Both the position numbers and the translations under genes were made by a program. From positions 1 through 39,218 of the forward strand of contig NW_021835518.1 of NCBI RefSeq assembly GCF_006345805.1: a stretch of DNA of 39,218 nt, in the 5' to 3' direction. Positions 13,201 through 25,612 of this stretch are shown piece by piece. This stretch comes from Octopus sinensis. Lineage: Eukaryota. The notes beneath the pieces were generated by a model that saw only the letters and a list, made by a program, of their open reading frames with translations, was not told the origin of the DNA and searched no databases. Position 1 is the stretch's first letter. Every line of letters begins with the position of its first letter.

Positions 13201-13805
13201 GGATGTGGAATTAAGAAATTTACGTTATTTACTGTTATCGAAGACATAAATTATCGATTAACTCCGTCCAATCTCTTTCTTTTTCAATAATGTCCGCTAC
13301 CATGTACAACCTCCGCACAAAGTATACGGAGACGCACACACATATCTAGCCACACAAACATAAAAATATTCATATATGAATGTGCGCATGCGCGTACATA
13401 TGTTCATACATACACATATATACACATATGTATGTATATTTAAGCACATACAAATATAAGTATATATATATTTAATACTCACATATACATATGCATGGAT
13501 ATATATATGTGTGTGTATAAATAAGCTGTTAGATAAAAGATGGATAAGTAGATAAATAGATAGATGGAACAAGCCGTCCGTGTGTTTATGAGTGTATATA
13601 TATATATATCTATATAAGATATATATATATATATATACATATATATATTATATATATATATAATATATATAATACATATATATCTATGTATGTATGTATG
13701 TATGTATGTATGTATGTATGTATGTATGTATAAATTAGAATATTTTATTTCTATATCTCTGAGAGACTTGTACGTAGCAGGACACTTTATATATATTTAT
13801 ATGTA

Positions 13806-13873
<68 letters not shown>

Positions 13874-14065
13874 TGTGTGTGTGTACTTGTATGTGTGTGT
13901 ATACCAATAGATATATGTTTATCACTCGCTCAAAAAATCGTGGACATATTTGTGTATGTAAGCACGTATGTATATGTAGGAATTCATATTATCTGAAGTT
14001 GATACGTAAGTGTCCCATAGACCGAAGATTTGCTAACAAGAAATGTCTGGGTTTGATAAGTGCCT

Positions 14066-17000
14066 TTTAACCATTCTATAAACTCAGCAAAAAGAGACAT
14101 TAATTCTATGCTGGATACTCTAGTTTGCATACCAAAAATTTTTAACCGCTCTATTAACTCTGTATATACTCAACATACACAGGGGTTAATTATGTGCTAG
14201 AGTCCCTAATTTGCATACCGAAAATGTTTAAACCACTCTATAAACTCAACGAAGACAGAAATTAATTCTGTGCTGGAGTCCTTAATTTGCATACCGTAAA
14301 TTTTTAAACGCTCAATTAACTCTATATATACTCAACATATACACGAGTTAATTCTGTGCTGGAGTCCCTAATTTGCATATCGAAAATTTTTAACCGCTCA
14401 ATTAGCTCTATATATACTCAACATATACAGAAGTTAATTCTGTGCTGGAGTCCCTAATTTGCATACCGAAAATTTTTAACCACTCTATAAACTCAACAAA
14501 AACAATTTAATTCTAAGCTGGAGTCCCTAATTTGCATACCGAAAATTTTTAACCGCTCAATTAACTCTATATATACTCAACATATACACAAGTTAATTCT
14601 GTGCTGGAGTCCCTAATTTGCATACCGAAAATTTTTAACCGCTCAAATAACTCTATATATACTCAACATATACACAAGTTGATTCTGTGCTGGAGTCCCT
14701 AATTTGCATAGCGAAAATTTTTAACCACTCTATAAACTCAACAAAAACAATTTATTTCTATCTTGGAGTCCCTAATTTGCATACCTAAAATTTTTAACCG
14801 CTCATATAACTCTATATATACTCAACATATACAGAAGTTATTTCTGTGCTGGAGTCCATAATTTGCATACCGAAAATTTTTACCACTCTATGAACTCAAC
14901 AAAAAGAAAAATTAATTCTGTGCCGGAGTCCCTAATTTGCATACCGAAATTTTTTAAACGCTCATTTAACTCTATATATACTCAACATATACAGAAGTTC
15001 ATTCTGTGCTGGAGTCCCTAATTTGCATACCGAAAATAGTTAACCGCTCAATTAACTCTATATATACTCAACATATTCAGAAGTTAATTCGATGCTGGAG
15101 TCCCTAATTTGCATACCGATAATTTTTAACCGCTCAATTAACTCTATATATACTCAACATATTCAGAAGTTAATTCTATGCTGGAGTCCCAAATTTGCAT
15201 GCCGAAAATTTTTAACCGTTCCATTAACTCTATATATACTCAACATACACATTAGGTAATTCTATGCTGGAGTCCCTAATTTCCATACCGAAAATTTATA
15301 CCACTCTATAAACTCAACAAAATGAGAAATTAATTCTGTGCAGGAGTCCCTAATTTGCATATCCAAATTTTTTAAACGCTCTGTGAACTCTATATATGCT
15401 CAACATATTCAGAAGTTTATTCTATCCTGGAGTCTCTAATTTGCATACCGAAAATTTTTAACCGCTCAATTAACTCTATATATACTCAACATATACAGAA
15501 GTTATTCTGTGCCGGAGTCCCTAATTTGCATACCGAAATTTTTTAAACGCTCATTTAACCCTATATATACTCAACATATACAGAAGTTAATTCTGTGCTG
15601 GAGTCCCTAATTTGCATACCGAAAATTGTTAATCGTTCAATTAACTCTATATATACTCAACATATACAGCATTTAATTCTATGCTGGAGTCCCTAATTTG
15701 CATACCGAAAATTTTTACCTCTATATAAACTCAACACAAAGAGAATTTTAGTTCTATGCTGGAGACCCTAATTTGCATACAGAAATTTTTAACCGCTCAA
15801 TTAACTCAATATATACTCAACATATTCAGAAGTTAATTCTGTGCTGGAGTCCCTAATTTGCATACCGAAAAATTTTACTCGCTTAATTAACTCTATATAT
15901 ACTCAACATATACGGAAGTTAATTCTGTGCTGGAGTCCTTAATTTGCATACCGAAAATTTTTAACTGTTCTGTTAACTCTATATATACTCAACATATTCA
16001 GAAGTTAATTCTATGCTGGAATCCCTAATTTGCATACCGAAAATTTTTAACCGCTCAATGAACTCTATATATACTCAACATATTCAGAATTTAATTCTGT
16101 GCTGGAGTCCCTAATTTGCATACCAAAAATTTTTAACCGCTCAATTAACTCTATATATACTCAACATATTCAGAATTTAATTTTATGCTGGAGTCCCAAA
16201 TTTGCATACCGAAAATTTTTAACCGTTCCATTAACTCTATATATACTCAACATATACAGAAGTTAATTCTGAGCTGGAGTCCTTAATTTGCATACCGAAA
16301 ATTTTTAACCGCTCTGTTAACTCTATATATAATCAACATATTCAGAAGTTAATTCTATGCTGGAGTCCCTAATTTGCATACTGAAAATTTTTAACCGCTC
16401 AATTAACTCTATATATACTCAACATATTCAGAATTTAATTCTGTGCTGGAGTCCCTAATTTGCATACCAAAAATTTTTAACCGCTCAATTAACTCTATAT
16501 ATACTCAACATATTCAGAATTTAATTTTATGCTGGAGACCCAAATTTGCATACCGCTCATATAACTCTATATATACTCAACATATACAGAAGTTATTTCT
16601 GTGCTGGAGTCCCTAATTTGCATACCGAAAATTTTTACCACTCAATAAACTTAACAAAAAGAAAAATTAATTCTGTGCCGGAGTCCCTAATTTGCATACC
16701 GAAATTTTTTAAAATCTCATTTAACTCTATATATACTCAACATATTCAGAAGTTAATTCGATGCTGGAGTCCCTAATTTGCATACCGAAAATTTTTAACC
16801 GCTCAATTAACTCAATATATACTGAACATATTCAGAAGTTAATTCTGTGCTGGAGTCCCTAATTTGCATACCGAAAAATTTTACTCGCTTAATTAACTCT
16901 ATATATACTCAACATATACAGAAGTTAATTCTGTGCTGGAGTCCTTAATTTGCCTACCGAAAATTTTTAACCGCTCTGTTAACTCTATATATACTCAACA

Positions 17001-20000
17001 TATTCAGAATTTAATTCTATGCTGGAGTCCCTAATTTGCATACCGAAAATTTTTAACCGCTCAATGAACTCTATATATACACAACATATTCAGAATTTAA
17101 TTTTGTGCTGGAGTCCCTAATTTGCATACCAAAAATTTTTAACCGCTCAATTAACTCTATATATACTCAACATATTCATTAGTTAATTCTATGCTAAAGT
17201 CCCAAATTTGCATACAGAAAATTTTTAACCGTTCCATTAACTCTCTATATACTCAACATATACATTAGGTAATTCAATGCTGGAGTCCCTAATTTGCATA
17301 CCGAAAATTTTTACCACTCTATAAACTCAACAAAAAGAGAAATTAATTCTGTGCAGGGGTCCCTAATTTGCATATCGAAATTTTTTACACGCTCTGTGAA
17401 CTCTATATATGCTCAACATATTCAGAAGTTTATTCTATCCTGGAGTCTCTAATTTGCATACCGAAAATTTTTAACCGCTCAATTAACTCTATATATACTC
17501 AACATATACAGAAGTTATTTCTGTGACGGAGTCCCTAATTTGCATACCGAAATTTTTTAAACGCTCATTTAACTCTATATATACTCAACATATACAGAAG
17601 TTTATTTTGTGCTGGAGTCCCTAATTTGCATACCGAAAATTGTTAACCGCTCAATTAACTCTATATATACTCAACATATTCAGAAGTTAATTCGATGCTG
17701 GAGTCCCTAATTTGCATACCGAAAATATTTAACCGCACATTTAACTCTATATATACTCAAAATATTCAGAAGTTAATTCTATTCTGGAGTCCCAAATTTG
17801 CATACCGAAAATTTTTAACCGTTCCATTAACTCTATATATACTCAACATATACATTAGGTAATTCTATGCTGGAGTCCCAAATTTGCATACCGAAAATTT
17901 TTACCACTCTATAAACTCAACAAAAAGAGAAATTAATTCTGTACAGGGGTCCCTAATTTGCATATCGAAATTTTTTAAACGCTCTGTGAAATCTATATAT
18001 GCTCAACATATTCAGAAGTTTATTCTATCCTGGAGTCTCTAATTTGCATACCGAAAATTTTTAACCGCTCAATTAACTCTATATATACTCAACATATACA
18101 GAAGTTATTTCTGTGCCGGAGTCCCTAATTTGCATACCTAAATTTTTTAAACGCTCATTTAACCCAATATATACTCAACATATACAGCATTTAATTCTAT
18201 GCTGGAGTCCCTAATTTGCATACCGAAAATTTTTAACTCTCTATAAACTGAACACAAAGAGAAATTTAGTTCTATGCTGGAGTCCCTAATTTGCATACAG
18301 AAATTTTTAACCGCTCAATTAACTCAATATATACTCAACATATTCAGAAGTTAATTCTGTGCTGGAGTCCCTAATTTGCATACCGAAAAATTTTCCTCGC
18401 TTAATTAACTCTATATATACTCAACATATTCAGAAGTTAATTCTATGCTGGAGTCCCTAATTTGCATACCGAAAATTTTTAACCGCTCAATTAACACTAT
18501 ATATACTCAACATATTCAGAATTTAATTCTGTGCTGAAGTCCCTAATTTGCATACCAAAAATTTTTAACCGCTCAATTAACTCTATACATACTCAACATA
18601 TTCAGAAGTTAATTCGATGCTGGAGTCCCTAATTTGCATACCGAAAATTTTTAACCGCTCAATTAACTCAATATATACTCAACATATTCAGAAGTTAATT
18701 CTGTGCTGGAGTCCCTAATTTGCATACCGAAAAATTTTACTCGGTTAATTAACTCTATATATACTCAACATATACAGAAGTTAATTCTGTGCTGGAGTCC
18801 TTAATTTGCATACCGAAAATTTTTAACCGCTGTGTTAACTCTATATATACTCAACATATTCAGAAGTTAATTCTCTGCTGGAGTCCCTAATTTGCATACC
18901 AAAAATTTTTAACCGCTCAATTAACTCTATATATACTCAACATATTCAGAATTTAATTTTATGCTGGAGTCACAAATTTGCATACCGAAAATTTTTAACC
19001 GTTCCATTAACTCTATATATACTCAACATATACAGAATTTAATTCTGTGCTGGAGTCCCTAATTTGCATACCAAAAATTTTTAACCGCTCAATTAACTCT
19101 ATATATACTCAACATATTCAGAATTTAATTTTATGCTGGAGTCCCAAATTTGCATACCGAAAATTTTTAAGCGTTCCATTAACTCTATATATACTCAACA
19201 TATACTGAAGTTAATTCTGTGCTGGAGTCATTAATTTGCATACCGAAAATTTTTAACCGCTCTGTTAACTCTATATATAATCAACATATTCAGAAGTTAA
19301 TTCTATGCTGGAGTCCCTAATTTGCATACCGAAAATTTTTAACCGCTCAATTAACTCTATATATACTGAACATATTCAGAAATTAATTCTGTGCAGGAGT
19401 CCCTAATTTGCATATCGAAATTTTTTAAAACGCTCTGTGAACTCTATATATGCTCAACATATTCAGAAGTTTATTCTATCCTGGAGTCTCTAATTTGCAT
19501 ACCGAAAATTTTTAACCGCTCAATTAACTCTATATATACTCAACATATACAGAAGTTAATTCTGTGCCGGAGTCCCTAATTTGCATACCGAAAATTGTTA
19601 ACCGCTCAATTAACTCTATATATACTCAACATATATAGAAGTTAATTCTGTGCTGGAGTCCCAAATTTGCATACCGAAAATTTTTAACCGCTCAATTAAC
19701 TCTATATATACTCAACATATTCAGAAGTTAATTCGATGCTGGAGTCCCTAATTTGCATACCGAAAATTTTTAACCGCTCAATTAACTCTATATATACTCA
19801 ACATATTCAGAAGTTAATTCTATGCTGGAGTCCCAAATTTGTATACAGAAATTTTTAACCGTTCCATTAACTCTATATATACTCAACATATGCATTAGGT
19901 TATTCTATGCTGGAGTCCTTATTTGCATACCGAAAATTTTTACCACTCTATAAACTCAACAAAAAGAGAAATTAATTCTGTGCAGGAGTCCCTAATTTGC

Positions 20001-22410
20001 ATATCGAAATTTTTTAAACGCTCTGTGAACTCTATATATGCTCAACATATTCAGAAGTTTATTCTATCCTGGAGTCTCTAAGTTGCATATCGAAAATTTT
20101 AACCGCTCAATTAACTCTATATATACTCAACATATACAGAAGTTATTTCTGTGCCGGAGTCCCTAATTTGCATACCGAAATTTTTTAAACGCTCATTTAA
20201 CCCTATATATACTCAACATATACAGAAGTTAATTCTGTGCTGGAGTCCCTAATTTGCATACGGAAAATTGTTAATCGTTCAATTAATTCTATATATTCTC
20301 AACTTATACAGCATTTAATTCTATGCTGGAGTCCCTAATTTGCATACCGAAAATTTTTACCTCTCTATAAACTCAACACAAAGAAATTTAGTTCTATGCT
20401 GGAGTCCCTAATTTTCATACAGAAATTTTTAACCGCTCAATTAACTCTATATATACTCAACATATTCAGAAGTTAATTCTGTGCTGGAGTCCTTAATTTG
20501 CATACCTAAAATTTTTAACCGCTCTGTTAACTCTATATATACTCAACATATTCAGAAGTTAATTCTATGCTGGAGTCCCTAATTTGCATACCGAAAATTT
20601 TTAACCGCTCCTTTAACTCTATATATACTCAACATATTCAGAATTTAATTCTGTGCTGGAGTCCCTAATTTGCATACCAAAAATTTTTAACCGCTCAATT
20701 AACTCTATATATACTCAACATATTCAGAATTTAATTTTATGCTGGAGTCCCAAATTTGCATACCGAAAATTTTTAACCGTTCCATTAACTCTATATATAC
20801 TGAACATATACATTAGTTAATTCTATGCTGGAGTCCCTAATTTGCATACCGAAAATTTTTACCACTCTATAAACTCAACAAAAAGATAAATTAATTCTGT
20901 GCAGGAGTCCCTAATTTGCATATCGAAATTTTTTAAACGCTCTGTGAACTCTATATATACTCAACATATTCAGAAGTTAATTCTGTGCTGGAGTCCCTAA
21001 TTTGCATGCCGAAAAATTTTAACCGCTCAATTAACTCTATATATACTCAACATATACAGAAGTTAATTCTGTGCTGGAGTCCCTAATTTGCATGCCAAAA
21101 ATTGTTAATCGTTCAATTAACTCTATATATACTCAACATATACAGCATTTAATTCTATGCTGGAGTCCCTAATTTGCATACCGAAAATTTTTACCTCTCT
21201 ATAAACTCAACACAAAGAGAAATTTAGTTCTATGGTGCAGTCCCTAATTTGCATACAGAAATTTTTAACCGCTCTATTAACTCTATATATACTCAACATA
21301 TTCAGAAGTTAATTCTGTGCTGGAGTCCCTAATTTGCATACCGAAAAATTTTACCCGCCTCATTTACTCTATATATACTCAACATATACAGAAGTTAATT
21401 CTGTGCTGGAGTCCTTAATTTGCATACCGAAAATTTTTAACCGCTCTGTTAACTCTATATATACTCAACATATTCAGAAGTTAATTCTATGCTGGAGTCC
21501 CTAATTTGCATACCGAAAATTTTTAACCGGTCTGTTAACTCTATATATCCTCAACATATACAGAAGTTAATTCTGTGCTGGAGTCCCTAATTTGCATACC
21601 GAAAATTTTTAACCGTTCAATTTACTCTATATATAGTCAACATATACAGCAGTTAATTCTATGCTGGAGTCCTTAATTTGCATACCGAAAATTTTTAACC
21701 GCTCTGGTAACTCTATATATACTCAACATATACAGAAGTTAATTCTATGCTGGAGTCCCTAATTTGCATACCGAAAATTTTTAACACTCTATAAACTCAA
21801 CAAAAAGAGAAATTTAGTTCTATGCTGGAGTCCCTAATTTGCATACAGAAATTTTTAACTGCTCAATTAACTCTATATATACTAAACATATACAGTAGTT
21901 AATTCTATGCCGGAGTTCCTAATTTGCATACCGAAAATTTTTAACCGCTCAATTAACTCTATATATACTCAACATATTCAGAAGTTAATTTTGTGCTGCA
22001 GTCCCTAATTTGCATACCGAAAATTTTTAACCGCTCTTTTAACTCTATATATACTCAAAATATAAAGAAGTTAATTCTGTACTGGAGTCCCTAATTTGCA
22101 TACCGAAAATTGTTAACCGCTCAATTAACACTATATATACTCAACATATACAGAAGTTAATTCTGTGCTGGATCCCTATATTCAAATTATATATATGCAA
22201 ACTATATATATACTCAACAAATACATCAGTTATTCTATGCAGGAGTCCCTAATTTGCATACCGAAGATGCTTAACACTTTATAAACTGTTTAAATACTCA
22301 ACAAATGCAGCTGTTATTCTATGCAGGATTCCTTAATTTGCATACCGAAAATGTTTAACCGCTCTATAAATTATATATTTCCTCAAGAAATATAGCAGTT
22401 ATTCTATGCT
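14066..22410. repeat. Satellite array, ~95-100 monomers: 86-bp long unit with interspersed 73-75-bp short unit
   Basis: Consensus AATTCTGTGCTGGAGTCCCTAATTTGCATACCGAAAATTTTTAACCGCTCAATTAACTCTATATATACTCAACATATTCAGAAGTT. GGAGTCC anchors at 14361, 14447, 14520, 14606, 14692, 14765 give steps of 86/73/86/86/73. Both edges are degenerate. Confidence 0.97.
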
Positions 22411-22518
22411 CTTTGAACTTTCGCTTGAAATGTCACTGTAAGCAGAGTTGGTACAGAAACAAATGTAACTAATCATTAAAGATGTGCTGAAATCTTTCTC
22501 TATCTTCGTATTCAAACC

Positions 22519-22566
<48 letters not shown>

Positions 22567-22855
22567 GTATGTTACAATTATTCAATATTCAAGATGAAAC
22601 AACTGAGTTTCGGATGCCGAAGTGGAAATATATATATAGCGATAAATCGCATGTAACATCCTAAGGTATATATTTTTCTCTGATTAAATTATGCTGATAT
22701 CATATAAATGCAAATTCAAAGCATAGATTTCTAATTTACCTTTTGGGCACAAATGGAAACAGGTGTAAGAAGTAAAGCTTACCGATTTTTTGATAATGAA
22801 TAATTATTAACTTTCAACTCTCCAATTTTTCGTCAATTAACTGAACATGAATTAT

Positions 22856-23910
22856 CACTGGTCAACAAATTCTAACTCTTTTTTTTCGTATTGACCTAAA
22901 TTTGGGACCTGTTGTTTTTTGTATTTTGGGGTCACAGAGTTTAAAAATGGTAATTTTGTTTTTCTATCAGGTTTAGTTCTTTTTCTATGGGATGGCCCAT
23001 ATTGGCCCCACCCGCGCCTCCATGTTTGAAATGTTTGAATTCCCCTGACTCTTTTGTTATATGTGTGGGTATTTTACAGTACCAAGTCAAAGAATGAACG
23101 TTAGTGACATTGTAAATATTAAAGTTGGTGATCAGGATATATCGTGGGTCTGCACAGTGTATGTAAACCCTGTGTCTATGTATATATATATATAAATGTA
23201 TGTATGTATGTATGTATATATGTATATATATGTATGTATATATGTATGTATGTATGTTTATATATATATAAATATATGCATGTATGTATATATATATATG
23301 TATGTATGTATTATGTATGTCTGTCTGTCTGCATGCATGTATATAGATAAAAATAATACATTCTCATATTTAGTCTGCTGGCATGATGTGATAGGTCGCA
23401 TGTAACATCTTAAGGTATATATTTTTCTCTGATGAAATTATGCTCATAACATATAAATGCAAATTCAGAGGACAAAGGGCACAAGGAAACAACTAACATT
23501 TGGTATTATTCCTATGATATGTTGGGAGCCAAAGAACCATGTAAACGATTGCTACTTTTGTCTCATAAAGACTTCTTCTTATAGCAAGAGAACGTGAGAG
23601 GAAATAAGTTATCCAAATCTGGGTTCAGCAATTCATCCAGTGCTTCACTCAGATGAAATACCAGTACCCGTTTTCAAGGATCTACCTTCACTGCAAGGAG
23701 AAAGTGATATATGTGAAGCAGATATAAATCATGAACATGACAGTGATGTAGACTTTGTAGAAACATCAACCAAAGAACGTGAAAACTTCAACCAGGCAGA
23801 AATTAATGATTTAGTTAGAGACCTAGGACTGTCAAAAGAATTATCAGAACTGTTAGCTTCTAGGCTTAAATAGAAGAAATTGTTGCAGAAAGAAACAAAC
23901 GTGAACTTTG
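22856..23910 (+). mobile_element. Chapaev3-like (CMC superfamily) DNA transposon remnant: left end plus decayed transposase N-terminus, interrupted at ~23177-23467
   Basis: CACTGGTCAACAAATT terminus at 22856. KCLNSPDSFCYMCGYFTVPSQR (~23028-23095), KVGDQDISW/LHSVCKPCV, then TKGTRKQLTFGIIPMICWEPKNHVNDCYFC..SYPNLGSAIHPVLHSDEIPVPVF..FNQAEINDLVRDLGLSKELSELLASRLK*KKLL. The family name comes from recalled motifs; transposase identity is firmer than the family label. Confidence 0.7.
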
Positions 23911-24244
23911 ATGAAGCAGATATATGACCAAAGACAGTGTCTTAGCATACTTTCCGAACTATTAAGGTTTTATATTATCTGAAATGTACTTTTTGTCTTT
24001 AAATACAGTACACGTTTCCTCGTTCATCACTGATGCATTCATTACTGAACAGGTTAAGTCGATATGCTGAATTATGAATCTTGCTTTGCTTATCACGATT
24101 TTATCTGTGCTAACACGGATTGGCGATAAGCTAAAGATCCTGCTTGGACTGTAAAAGCCTGCCCCAGTGACCATCCACAATGCTCAGTACAACTTGGGGT
24201 CTCGGAACGAACCAATTTTTCCCATATATACTTTTTTTCTTTCA

Positions 24245-24621
24245 TTTCTTTCAGTTGTTTCAGTCATTTGACTGCGGCCATGCTGGAGGATTAAAGGATT
24301 TTAGTGGAACAAATCGACCTCAAGACTTATATTTTAAGCTTAGTATATATTTCATCGATCTGGTTTGATGAACCACTAGATTACGGGGAGGTAAATACAC
24401 CAACATCGGTTGGCAAGCGGTGATAGGGCACAAACACACACACACATATGTATATACGATGAGCTTCTTTCAGTTTCCGTTTAGTAAATCCACTCACTAG
24501 GCTTTGGACGGCTCGAGGCTATAGTAGAAGACACTTGCCCAAAGTGTCACACAGTGGGACTGAACCCGGAACCATGTGGTTGGGAAGTAAGCTTCTTACC
24601 ACATATTTACGTCTGCGCCTA
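24245..24621 (-). mobile_element. SINE family C (abundant octopus-type SINE with internal microsatellite), near full length
   Basis: Revcomp begins AGGCGCAG..TGTGGTAAGAAGCTTACTTCCCAACCACATGGTTCCGGGTTCAGTCCCACTG and ends GCATGGCCGCAGTCAAATGACTGAAACAA. Aligns with 37737-38170. Confidence 0.9.
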
Positions 24622-25612
24622 TGTTTATTTATCGCAGATTCATTTAAAATAGTGCTTAAAAAAAATACTAATACCCTTGATAAACGAGGACAGATATGAT
24701 AAATTATGTAGCTTCAAATAAGATTGGCTGCTGATCCTAGCATATCGAACGAATTGTAGATTCCAGATATCACACAACGTCATTTATCTGACACAACGAT
24801 CTACATCGGATATAATCATGAAACTACAACGCAAAATCGTTAGCAGCGCCATCTGAACTTCAGAACACTGACTACAGTAGACGAACAGAATTCAATATTG
24901 AGAGAGAAATATAGAAAAATATCGGTATATAGACGGCAACTTTAACTTTTCTACTGCTTCGCTATTTTTGTTTATATTAGATATTAAGACGATATAAGTT
25001 AATATTTATGTTAAGCTAAGTAAATAATAATGTTGTAATCAGAGATATCTGTCGGCCATGTTATTTTTTTTTTGTATGTCTTTTAACAGTCTTCAAATTG
25101 AAGATCGATAATACAGTGACTGAGTGTCAGGTGAGTATTGGCGTGATGTCTCTGTGTGTGTACGTGTGTACATATGTGTGTGTGTGTGTGTGTGTGAGGT
25201 GTATAACACTGGGGACGACTATTTAGTTGTCTGATGTGTATTGCAAAAATGTCAGTGTGTGTGTGTGTGTTTATATATATATATATATATTATATAATAT
25301 ATATATATATATGTATATGTGTCTGTATATGTATATATATATATATGGTGTGTATATATATATATATGTATGTATTTGCGTGTGTGTGTATGTGTATATA
25401 TATATATTTATATGTATTAGCGCGTGTGTGTATGTGAGGGTGTATATGTGTGTGTTATACATATGCATGTGTATATATGTGTTTGAGTGTGTGGAAAATA
25501 TTACTGAGGACTAAACCGTCTAGTTCTCTTGTGTACACTGGTGTGATATTAGCGCGCGCGCGAGTATATGTATGTGCGTCTACGCGCGAACGTGTGTGTG
25601 TGTGTGCGTGCA

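Noticed and set aside
14361-14368. GGAGTCCC in the 86-mer as an NF-kB site
   Set aside because: It is 8 bp and does not fit the 10-bp GGGRNNYYCC spacing.
14066-22410. CRISPR-like appearance (conserved ~30-bp core with variable intervening sequence)
   Set aside because: The intervening segments are homologous to each other rather than unique spacers, the context is eukaryotic, and there are no cas genes.
23985-24060. Possible 44-nt micro-exon (..TTTAAATACAG|TACACG..GAACAG|GTTAAG)
   Set aside because: Splice-like signals occur by chance in AT-rich DNA; there is no partner exon or recognisable peptide.
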